A stretch of 64,000 bases of DNA from an uncultured virus (IMG/VR IMGVR_UViG_3300046168_000024) (taxonomy: Duplodnaviria; Heunggongvirae; Uroviricota; Caudoviricetes). This document shows positions 8,651-16,734 of the stretch, in pieces. Within the stretch, counting starts at the first letter, position 1; every line of letters begins with the position of its first letter. The notes beneath the pieces were generated by a model. The model worked only from the letters and a program-made list of their open reading frames with translations, was not told the DNA's origin and ran no database searches. The DNA lies in IMG/VR virus record IMGVR_UViG_3300046168_000024; one strand, 5' to 3'. The position numbers and the translations under genes were made by a program.

Positions 8651-8849
8651 TTTATTACCTCGTTTATTAACTACCTACATCTTATAGGGTGTAGATTTCC
8701 CTAGTTCTTTTATGTCGTTCTTGTTTTCATAACCGAAGTTAAGATTGTCTCCACGACCCCGACCAATATTTTATAAGGCGTTCTCGGTAATCCTTATATC
8801 TATAATATCAAAGTGATTGAAAAAATCAAGCAAAATCACAGTGATTTTT

Positions 8850-9175
8850 TCCTTGACTTTTCCCTAAATATAGTGTAAAAAAATATGAAAAAAAGTGTTG
8901 CTTTTTTCTTGAAATTGTGGTAGGAAAATTTGAAAAAAAGTGTTGCAAAAAATTCAATCATGGTTTAAAATAACTGTAAGTTATTTTAAACCAAGCCTCC
9001 CAAATCCACCAAGACAAGCCGATAAAATCAATCGATCTTTTTTCGAAAAAAACCTTGACAAATCTTGACAGATATGATAAAATCGGCGCCCCAAATGAGA
9101 ATGATTATCATTTACAATATTAAAAATAATTGTAGAAAAGTGTTGACAAGTATTGAATAATGCTTATAATAATAG
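8850..9175 (+). promoter_or_regulatory. stack of rightward sigma70-like promoters with A-tracts
   Basis: repeated AAAAGTGTTG(C/A) -35 contexts at ~8892, ~8936, ~9136; TTGACA-17-TAAAAT at 9055-9083. Confidence 0.65.
9093..9113. promoter_or_regulatory. Fur-box-like palindrome
   Basis: AAATGAGAATGATTATCATTT; one mismatch to the 7-1-7 TGATAATnATTATCA consensus. Confidence 0.55.
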
Positions 9176-9205
9176 GTATGTTAAACAAAAAAAGGAGAAA
9201 TTAAC

Positions 9206-9448
9206 ATGGAATATATAATAACAGTAGCAGTATTTTTCTTAGTAGCGATAGGATTAATGTATGCAGTATCAAGTGAGGGATCGAACCCTACACGCCAGCA
9301 GATGAGGAATAGAATTAAGATGCAAAGAGCGTGGAAGAGGTTTAAGAGAACATTAAAAGTTGATGAGGTTCTTGCTCCCTTTATAGGTGGATTAATCATA
9401 ATATTCTTTGTGTTAGTCTTTACATTCAAATTACATGGAGTTATATAA
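9206..9448 (+). CDS. small two-TM membrane protein
   Basis: AAGGAG RBS, hydrophobic N- and C-terminal segments. Confidence 0.7.
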   Translation: MEYIITVAVFFLVAIGLMYAVSSEGSNPTRQQMRNRIKMQRAWKRFKRTLKVDEVLAPFIGGLIIIFFVLVFTFKLHGVI

Positions 9449-9672
9449 TGAAGAGCTATAAAATTAAAGTTCAATTGCGTGGTGGTAGTGGCTATCTGGA
9501 AACAGTAGAGCTAACAGAAAAAGAGGTAATATGGTTCTTAAATAAGAATGATATAAACGGCTGTTGGACGAAGTTATGCCAATCTATAGAGGATAGATTA
9601 GGAATGAGAATTATAGGGCATTTTAATCTTATTAGCTATTTTATAGATGATGAGGAATTTCCCTTACATTAA
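9448..9672 (+). CDS. hypothetical protein
   Basis: TAATG coupling, GGAG RBS. Confidence 0.7.
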   Translation: MKSYKIKVQLRGGSGYLETVELTEKEVIWFLNKNDINGCWTKLCQSIEDRLGMRIIGHFNLISYFIDDEEFPLH

Positions 9673-9787
9673 AAAGTTCTCCAAAGGGGGTGAAATTCCC
9701 CCAATTTATTTTTAAAATAAATGTAAATAAATGTTGCATAATTGAGAATTATCATGTTATAATATATTTATATTAAGGAGAAAGAAA

Positions 9788-9958
9788 ATGAAAAAACAAG
9801 ACCAAGACCTAACAAAAGCTGAATTACAAAAAGCAATCAATCAGCTAATCAGGTTAAAAGGCAACGCCCAAGTATGGAACGGATTTAACAAACATATGAA
9901 AGGAGCGATAGTCTACAGGATTGGGAAGTTTGAGAGATTGCTAAGAGAGAAAGGTTGA
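9788..9958 (+). CDS. 56-aa hypothetical protein
   Basis: AAGGAG RBS, own promoter (~9734-9763), terminator-like hairpin overlapping its 3' end (AGAGAGAAAGGT/ACCTTCTCTCTTTT). Confidence 0.65.
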   Translation: MKKQDQDLTKAELQKAINQLIRLKGNAQVWNGFNKHMKGAIVYRIGKFERLLREKG

Positions 9959-10106
9959 CACCTTCTCTCTTTTGTGGTAAGGGGGGTTAGTAGACCTGCC
10001 CTGCCACCCTCACTCTAATACCCCCACGCGTACAACTTTTTAAAAAATCGCGAATCAATAAAAAGACGCGGCGAGTACATCGTGACGATGCTTCCAAAAA
10101 TACTTC

Positions 10107-10136
10107 TTGACACGAGGATGAAATTTTGATATAATT
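10107..10136 (+). promoter_or_regulatory. late-class promoter 1
   Basis: TTGACACGAG...TTTTGATATAATT; same class at ~18507, ~24121, ~46592. Confidence 0.75.
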
Positions 10137-10141
10137 CAAGT

Positions 10142-10600
10142 ATGAAGAATGAAATTGTAACCAAGATGAGTCCAGAGGGATTAGAAATCGCGAACGCATA
10201 CTTAGAGCTGGGGAATCTTCCGTCAGTGTGTGCACGATTAAGTATAGATGAAAATACCGTACAAGAGTACCTAGGTAAACGAGAAATTAAACAATACATC
10301 GACCAAGTATACTTAGACACAGGTTACAGAAATAGATTTAAATTAGCAACAACGCTTGACGATATAATAGACAAGAAGCTAGAAGAATCAGAAGAGAGTC
10401 AAATTTATACTAATAAAGACTTAGCAGATTTAATACAAATGGCACATAAAATGCGTATGGATGAAATTAAAGCCATGGCAGAGTTAGAAAAAGCAAAAGC
10501 CTCTAACATAAAGAACCAGACTAACGTACAGATTAATAGTGAGTTACCTTTTGGACAAGGCAACTACGGTAAACTTATGGAAAAATTACTAACAAAATAG
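10142..10600 (+). CDS. terS: terminase small subunit (T5-like)
   Basis: MSPEG..IANAY, GYRNR, KKLEE.EE, AHKMRMDE, NQTNVQ match T5 TerS pattern. Confidence 0.85.
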   Translation: MKNEIVTKMSPEGLEIANAYLELGNLPSVCARLSIDENTVQEYLGKREIKQYIDQVYLDTGYRNRFKLATTLDDIIDKKLEESEESQIYTNKDLADLIQMAHKMRMDEIKAMAELEKAKASNIKNQTNVQINSELPFGQGNYGKLMEKLLTK

Positions 10601-10608
10601 GAGAGCTT

Positions 10609-10794
10609 ATGATATATAGCACATATGTAGACGGCAATAGAAAAGCCGATGTTATCAAATTAGACAATCACTGGGGTTGTCGATTATACGAAGATGGAAA
10701 ACTTATAACAACAGAGTTTTACAAAGGGCATAGTGAAGCATACGCAGAAGATGCAGCAGAGAACTATGTACTAGGAATAAAAAATGCCGTATAG
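10609..10794 (+). CDS. hypothetical protein
   Basis: AGGAG RBS; YAEDAAENYVLG C-terminus. Confidence 0.7.
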   Translation: MIYSTYVDGNRKADVIKLDNHWGCRLYEDGKLITTEFYKGHSEAYAEDAAENYVLGIKNAV

Positions 10795-11227
10795 CAAAGA
10801 AGTAAATGATAGATTCTACGGAGTACTGAATAATCCACAGGAGTTCAGTGTAGGACGCTTCGACCCAAAAGACCCAGACGTAGCAACTGGCATGACTGGA
10901 GCACCCGCTTGTGGTGACGTCATGAAGTTACAATTAAAACTTGACCACGATGAAAAGATACTAGATGTCAAGTTCAAGACATATGGATGCGGTAGTGCAA
11001 TTGCCTCGTCCACCCTGTTCGTAGATATGCTGAAAGGCAAAACTATCGAACAAGCCAAACAAATAAAAGATAGAGATATCGCTGAGGCATTACAGTTGCC
11101 TCCTATTAAATTACACTGTTCTGTTCTAGCCGAAGATTCTATTAAGAAAGCAATAGAAAATTGGGAGGAAAAAATTGAACATAGGAAACATAATCAATAC
11201 GATTCATCGCTTGATGAAATCGGGTAG
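10784..11227 (+). CDS. iscU: Fe-S cluster scaffold IscU
   Basis: GAPACGDVMKLQ, FKTYGCGSAIASS, LPPIKLHCSVLAED. Confidence 0.95.
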   Translation: MPYSKEVNDRFYGVLNNPQEFSVGRFDPKDPDVATGMTGAPACGDVMKLQLKLDHDEKILDVKFKTYGCGSAIASSTLFVDMLKGKTIEQAKQIKDRDIAEALQLPPIKLHCSVLAEDSIKKAIENWEEKIEHRKHNQYDSSLDEIG

Positions 11228-11239
11228 GATTCATAAAGT

Positions 11240-11617
11240 ATGGAAAATCAGTGGATTGAAATAACAGATGAAGCAATCACCAAGATTTTGGAGAAACAGG
11301 AAACAGAACGTTTCCTGGCAATCCGTCTTGGTATTACTGGTGGCGGCTGTGCTGGTTTTGAATATGTATTTGATAAATGCAACGATGAACCAACTCAAGA
11401 AGACGTGCGATTGGATTATGGAAAGTTTGGGGTGGTAATTAATAAGATGTCAATTCCATACTTACTAGGAATGACACTAGACTACCAAAAAGAAGGATTG
11501 AACGAAGTATTTAAATTTATCAATCCAAAAGAACAATCCGCGTGTGGATGTGGCGTCTCAATCAATTTCGATTTAGAACAAGTAAATAAAGACAAAATAT
11601 TAGCAATACAACTATAA
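11240..11617 (+). CDS. iscA: Fe-S cluster carrier IscA/HesB
   Basis: GGCAGFEY and NP....CGCG.S motifs. Confidence 0.9.
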   Translation: MENQWIEITDEAITKILEKQETERFLAIRLGITGGGCAGFEYVFDKCNDEPTQEDVRLDYGKFGVVINKMSIPYLLGMTLDYQKEGLNEVFKFINPKEQSACGCGVSINFDLEQVNKDKILAIQL

Positions 11618-11919
11618 TGGAAGAATATACAATATTTAATTTTATAAGTGATGTAGGAGCCCCTATAGCCGCAGCGTTATTTATGGGTGCTTTCATATTT
11701 ATCATTATAAGAAAGATAATGGAAGATGTAGTTGGCAATACTGAAGAGTTAAAAGGTATCTGCAAAATGTTGGTTACTAGAATTAAAGTAATGAACAATG
11801 ACATGATACGAATAGATGTAAGCGTTAGTTCTGCACTTGAACTTACACCAGATTTAAAAAGAATATCAAGAGCAGAAAATTTTGTAGAAGATGGCACTAT
11901 AGATGCAAGGAGAGACTAA
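11617..11919 (+). CDS. single-TM membrane protein, paralog A
   Basis: N-terminal TM (VGAPIAAALF), MNNDMIR motif. Confidence 0.75.
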   Translation: MEEYTIFNFISDVGAPIAAALFMGAFIFIIIRKIMEDVVGNTEELKGICKMLVTRIKVMNNDMIRIDVSVSSALELTPDLKRISRAENFVEDGTIDARRD

Positions 11920-12083
11920 TGCAAAACTGGTTGTTTAATAAAATGGCACCTTATGCGTTAAAGTTTAGAGAATGGTCTAAAGGTAAACTCTGGATTCAAA
12001 TACCACTATGGATTTTAATATTATGGATGTTAGGAATATTTAATCCTTACTGGTGCGTATATCCAGTCTGTTGGATTCAATAA
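11919..12083 (+). CDS. 54-aa Trp-rich membrane peptide
   Basis: MQNWLFNKMAPY...WCVYPVCWIQ; AGGAG RBS, TAATG coupling on both sides. Confidence 0.65.
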   Translation: MQNWLFNKMAPYALKFREWSKGKLWIQIPLWILILWMLGIFNPYWCVYPVCWIQ

Positions 12084-12343
12084 TGGATTGGATGGAAGAT
12101 GCTGCAGAAGCAGTTCAACAGTTCGGATTCCCTATAATAGCTATGCTCGGTCTTGGATACTTTGTCTATTTTGTTTGGACTACAATCACGGAAAAAATCG
12201 ACCCAGCAACTGAAGATATGAAAATGACCGTTCTAAAGTTAATAGACCAAATTAGAATGATGGACAATGATATGATTCGCTTGCAAGAGAAACTGGACAC
12301 AGTTTTACAGATGAAAGAAAATGAACGAAAGAAAACTAAATAA
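12083..12343 (+). CDS. single-TM membrane protein, paralog B (holin-like)
   Basis: QFGFPIIAML TM, MDNDMIR motif, coiled-coil tail. Confidence 0.7.
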   Translation: MDWMEDAAEAVQQFGFPIIAMLGLGYFVYFVWTTITEKIDPATEDMKMTVLKLIDQIRMMDNDMIRLQEKLDTVLQMKENERKKTK

Positions 12344-12857
12344 TAGAATTTCGAACGGTGTAGTTGGAACATTAATAGCTTTAAGCTTTATAGTAATTGC
12401 ATCAGACTTAAATGCTACAGAAATAGTACATAAATTTGGTTCGCCTAGTTTTAGTGGGATTAATCAATCTGCACACTATTTAACTATTGACGAACAAGAA
12501 AGAACAAGAAAAGATGCACTTGCACAAAAAGCTCAAGATGCATTAGACGAGGCCCAAAGAGAAGCAGACAATACAACTCTCGCTAAATTCTTAAGAAACC
12601 TAGAAAGCAGAATTTATTCTACACTTGCAAAGGATATATCAGAATCTTTATTTGATTATAACAATCCTGGCACACTAGAGAATCCTGTAACTGGAGAAAT
12701 CTGGTTAGAAGGCAACAGAATAATTTGGACAAATAACGGAGTCACAATCACTCTAGTAGTTGAAGAATGGTTAGATGGAGTGTTGTTATCAACAACAACT
12801 ATCGAAATACCAGTCGGAAGCTTCGGGGGATGTTTTAGTGACTGCGCGACTGGCTAA
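12321..12857 (+). CDS. csgF: curli assembly factor CsgF-like
   Basis: signal peptide then EIVHKFGSPSFSG...HYL.I, F..NLESRIY, TTTIEIP. Confidence 0.8.
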   Translation: MNERKLNNRISNGVVGTLIALSFIVIASDLNATEIVHKFGSPSFSGINQSAHYLTIDEQERTRKDALAQKAQDALDEAQREADNTTLAKFLRNLESRIYSTLAKDISESLFDYNNPGTLENPVTGEIWLEGNRIIWTNNGVTITLVVEEWLDGVLLSTTTIEIPVGSFGGCFSDCATG

Positions 12858-13734
12858 TGTATTAGCGCCTTTACTACTTGTCGGCTGTGCTTCATTTGGA
12901 GCACCGCAACAATATGACAACTGTTATAAATTCGAAGAAGGATTTAATAAAGATGTTGTAACAGGAATTGCAAAAGCAGGCACAGATAGAATGATATGTA
13001 GGACAGGACCTGTCATACAGCCTAGCGCTACTCAACAATTACTCAATTTACCATACCCCAACCAAAAGACAGTTGTAGCAGTATACAACTTTGGAGATAA
13101 CTCGGGTCAAAGAAAAGGTGGAGACAATATAGCTAGTTTTAGTACTGCTGTAACCCAGGGAGCTCACCATATTTTGATTGAAGCTTTGAGGGACGCAGGT
13201 AGAGGAAATTGGTTTGTAGTCGTAGAGAGAACTGGACTTGATGCTTTGACAAAAGAAAGACAACTTGTAAGAAGTACTTTTGAAGCATACAATAAAGGGG
13301 CAGATGGAAAAACAATTTTAAAACCACTACTATATGCAGGAATGATTATAGAAGGTGGTATAGTTAGTTATGATACTAACATAAGAACTGGTGGTAACGG
13401 TGCTCGATATCTAGGAATAGGTATGAAGAATCAATATCGTGAGGATGTCGTTACAGTAACATTAAGAGCTGTATTAGTTCAAACAGGGGAGGTCTTGTTA
13501 AATGTTACAACCACAAAAACTATACTATCTACTGGAGGTGGAGGCGATGTATTCAGGTTTATAGAACTTGGGACAGAACTCGTTGAAATCGAAAGTGGTA
13601 GTACAGAGAACGAGCCAGTAGGACAAGCTGTAAGAGCTGCTATAGAAGCAGCTGTATATGGCCTAGTTGTCCAGGGACTCGAAAAAGAGGTTTGGGACTT
13701 CGACTACCCAAGCCTGGGAGAAAAGAATGAATAA
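12838..13734 (+). CDS. csgG: curli secretion channel CsgG lipoprotein
   Basis: lipobox LVGC; VAVYNF.D.SGQRK, FSTAVTQG, WFVVVER.GL..L.KERQ, GG.GARYLGIG, QYRED; GTG start after GGGGGA. Confidence 0.92.
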   Translation: MTARLANVLAPLLLVGCASFGAPQQYDNCYKFEEGFNKDVVTGIAKAGTDRMICRTGPVIQPSATQQLLNLPYPNQKTVVAVYNFGDNSGQRKGGDNIASFSTAVTQGAHHILIEALRDAGRGNWFVVVERTGLDALTKERQLVRSTFEAYNKGADGKTILKPLLYAGMIIEGGIVSYDTNIRTGGNGARYLGIGMKNQYREDVVTVTLRAVLVQTGEVLLNVTTTKTILSTGGGGDVFRFIELGTELVEIESGSTENEPVGQAVRAAIEAAVYGLVVQGLEKEVWDFDYPSLGEKNE

Positions 13735-14404
13735 GATAATTGGACTATTCGCGATTGTTCTATCTTTTTCAGCGTTCGCGGGTAATAATGATTTATATAT
13801 TACTCAAACAGGTACAGGACTTACTTTGACTATTGACCAAATAGGTGCTACTAACAATGTTGGTACATCTCAAAATAGAGCAACTTTGTCAGGTACTTCA
13901 ATGACAGTAGACATAGACCAGATTGGAGATACTAACTCCTTCTTGGCTTCACTACTTCAAGGCAACTCATCTAGTTGGACTTACAAAGTCACTGGTGATA
14001 GTAACACCGCTACTTTAGCAGGTGGAGCTTCAGGAGATATTGCTAGTTCCGATTTTGACTATATCACGATTGGTGACAGTAATACTCTTTCATGGACTCA
14101 GGGTGCTGCTTCGACAGCTACTGGAGCCAACACCGACTTTGCTATAACAGGAACTTCAAATGCCGTAACAGGTACTTGTGAAGTTGTGGGTTGTATAAAT
14201 AATTGGACTATTAGTGGAAACAGTAATAGTATTACTACATTACAGACAGGTTCTGCTGACCATCAAATCACAGCATCTTTAACTGGAAGTTCTAATACTG
14301 TAACTATTGACCAAACTGATACTGCAAGTACGAACGTTGCAAACATAGTATCTACCACGTCAAGTGGTACTATTGATGTAGATCAATGCGCATCTGGCTG
14401 TTAA
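13727..14404 (+). CDS. curlin-repeat secreted protein 1 (CsgA/B-like)
   Basis: signal peptide; repeated xxQxGxxN / GxSN beta-arc units. Confidence 0.75.
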   Translation: MNKIIGLFAIVLSFSAFAGNNDLYITQTGTGLTLTIDQIGATNNVGTSQNRATLSGTSMTVDIDQIGDTNSFLASLLQGNSSSWTYKVTGDSNTATLAGGASGDIASSDFDYITIGDSNTLSWTQGAASTATGANTDFAITGTSNAVTGTCEVVGCINNWTISGNSNSITTLQTGSADHQITASLTGSSNTVTIDQTDTASTNVANIVSTTSSGTIDVDQCASGC

Positions 14405-15486
14405 TACTTCTCAGTATACCGGCCTTTTCAACAGAAATAGGAGAGATATCTGAGCTAAAAGGAAACGGAGAGATTACTAGAGTAAACTCTAGTGAAACTT
14501 TTACCGCAGAACTAGACTCAGATATCTTTTCATTCGATGATGTAAGAACCGGAAACGGTAGACTTGCAATAGAGTTCTTAGATGACTCTGTAGTTAAATT
14601 GACAGAACACTCGAAATTAATTATAGATGAATATATCTTTGACCCAGACCCAAGTAAGAGTAAAATGTCTCTTCAAATGGCATCTGGAACAGCTCGATTT
14701 ATTTCGGGCGCTTTTGGAAAAATTAATAAAGAAAACATAACTATTAATACTCCAACAGCAACTATCGGTATTCGTGGTACAGACTTTACAACAACTGTAG
14801 ACGAATTAGGCAGAAGCTTAGTTATACTACTACCTGATAAAAATGGAGATTCATCAGGAGAGATAACAGTAACAACTGCAGCAGGAGTAGAGATACTCAA
14901 TGAGCCTTTTCAGGCTACTATGGTTTCAGCATGGGAACAACCACCCACACAAGCTGTTACTCTAGCAAACATGACACTTGGACTAATTGATAATATGTTG
15001 ATAGTTCAAAGACCAGACGAAGTCGAACAAGCAGTAGAAGAACAACAAGCAGGAACTTCACCTACCGCAGATTTAGATAAAGACTTTTTCGAAGATGCAC
15101 CAGACTTAAATTGTGATGCTCTAGTAGAGGAATGTGACGAAGAAAATGATGAAGTTACAAGACTAGACATTGACTTATTAAGTGTAGAGTTTCTCGTAGA
15201 TTTACTGGCACTAGTGGAGACTACTAGTAAAAAGAGAAACCAGACTTCAGAACTAAATGGAGTAGAACTCGAAGGTATCATTGCAGGCTTTGACCCAATA
15301 TACCAAACATACACTTTCGTGGAAGAAGGAATGATTTATTTTGTACACGAAGGACAGAACAACTACGATATAGGTATCGATATAAATGCAGGTACTTATT
15401 TATACATAAACAACGCAGGAGTAATATTGGAGGTAAATATAAATGGTGCGGGTGATAACGTTATTATTATTAATCAGTCCCCTTAG
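14386..15486 (+). CDS. FecR-domain secreted protein
   Basis: signal peptide; D.VRTG.G...I.F.DDS...L.E.S.L.I and INTPTATIGIRGTDF. Confidence 0.8.
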   Translation: MRIWLLILLSIPAFSTEIGEISELKGNGEITRVNSSETFTAELDSDIFSFDDVRTGNGRLAIEFLDDSVVKLTEHSKLIIDEYIFDPDPSKSKMSLQMASGTARFISGAFGKINKENITINTPTATIGIRGTDFTTTVDELGRSLVILLPDKNGDSSGEITVTTAAGVEILNEPFQATMVSAWEQPPTQAVTLANMTLGLIDNMLIVQRPDEVEQAVEEQQAGTSPTADLDKDFFEDAPDLNCDALVEECDEENDEVTRLDIDLLSVEFLVDLLALVETTSKKRNQTSELNGVELEGIIAGFDPIYQTYTFVEEGMIYFVHEGQNNYDIGIDINAGTYLYINNAGVILEVNINGAGDNVIIINQSP

Positions 15487-16237
15487 TTTTGCTGGGGATA
15501 ATGAAGTTTCAATTATAACTAAAGGAACTAATAATCAAATTACTACTAAGCAAATTGGTAATGGTAATACTACTAATATTCTTTGTGGTGCAAACTCAAG
15601 TGGTTCTGTGCCCGGTAGTAACTATACCTCTCATTCTTGCACTAATGCCGTATGGAATGTCAGTGTTGACGGAAACAGTAATAGTGTTAGAATGTATACT
15701 GTATGGTCAAACAATATAGGAAATGAAAGCACCATAACTATAGAGGGTAATGATAACTACGCATATATTGACCAAGACGAAGATGATAATACTGTAACTA
15801 TTACTCAAACAGGAAACAGTAATCACGCAGAAGCATTAGGCTCAGGAGATGACAATGTTTACTCAACAACTCAAACAGGAAATAATAAGTATAGCAAAAT
15901 ATTCTTTTTCGGGGATGATTCTGATATCACTGTTAATCAGTATGGTACTGGCACACACAATTCTTATATCTATGGAAATGGTATTGCGCACAATAACTCG
16001 GTAAATGTCATTCAATATGGCAGCGGTAATAAGGATGCAGACATATTCTTTTATAGTGCTGATAATGATGTAGATTTAACACAATACGGAACAGGAGCTC
16101 ATGTAGCAAATATGAAGTTTTATACAACAGACTACAATGTAGATGTTACTCAACTAGGGTCTACGAATCAAACATACACAGCTACATTTAATTGCACTCA
16201 AAACTGCACAAAAACTATAAGTATAACCCAACAATGA
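15443..16237 (+). CDS. curlin-repeat secreted protein 2
   Basis: signal peptide; ~23-aa repeats N.V.I.Q.G..N/H. Confidence 0.75.
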   Translation: MVRVITLLLLISPLSFAGDNEVSIITKGTNNQITTKQIGNGNTTNILCGANSSGSVPGSNYTSHSCTNAVWNVSVDGNSNSVRMYTVWSNNIGNESTITIEGNDNYAYIDQDEDDNTVTITQTGNSNHAEALGSGDDNVYSTTQTGNNKYSKIFFFGDDSDITVNQYGTGTHNSYIYGNGIAHNNSVNVIQYGSGNKDADIFFYSADNDVDLTQYGTGAHVANMKFYTTDYNVDVTQLGSTNQTYTATFNCTQNCTKTISITQQ

Positions 16238-16734
16238 AAAGAGATAAAATTAGAGACAGTATAGAACTTACTACTTTAATAAGTATATTTCTATTTTCAG
16301 TACTAGCACTAACCCCTAATGTAAACGCCTACGAATTACCAGACACTCCTTTTGATTTTGAACAAATGAAGGCAGACGCAGAACTAATCAAACAATCAGA
16401 TAAACCTTTATTCGACCTCAAAATTGAAGAACCAGTTTCAACTGTTCAGTGGGTTACATTCGGAACATTACAAATTGCAGACATCTATACCACATACCGT
16501 GGACTTAAATATAATTGTGTTAGAGAAGTAAATCCAATTGCTGGAGAAAGACCATCAGTACCAAAGATGTTCTTTATTAAAACAGCAGTTCTTTCCCCGG
16601 CAATCTATGCGGAACGACAAACACTAACACTAAAACCAAAAACTATGGATGAAATAAATTTTCTAATGGCAATAGTTGTAAATCATAATTACAAAGTATG
16701 GCATAAAGCAGAACAAAGATGTATCAAAAGATAA
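16234..16734 (+). CDS. secreted/membrane hypothetical protein
   Basis: hydrophobic N-terminus; ADIYTT..GL...E.NP motif; ATGA coupling. Confidence 0.65.
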   Translation: MKRDKIRDSIELTTLISIFLFSVLALTPNVNAYELPDTPFDFEQMKADAELIKQSDKPLFDLKIEEPVSTVQWVTFGTLQIADIYTTYRGLKYNCVREVNPIAGERPSVPKMFFIKTAVLSPAIYAERQTLTLKPKTMDEINFLMAIVVNHNYKVWHKAEQRCIKR

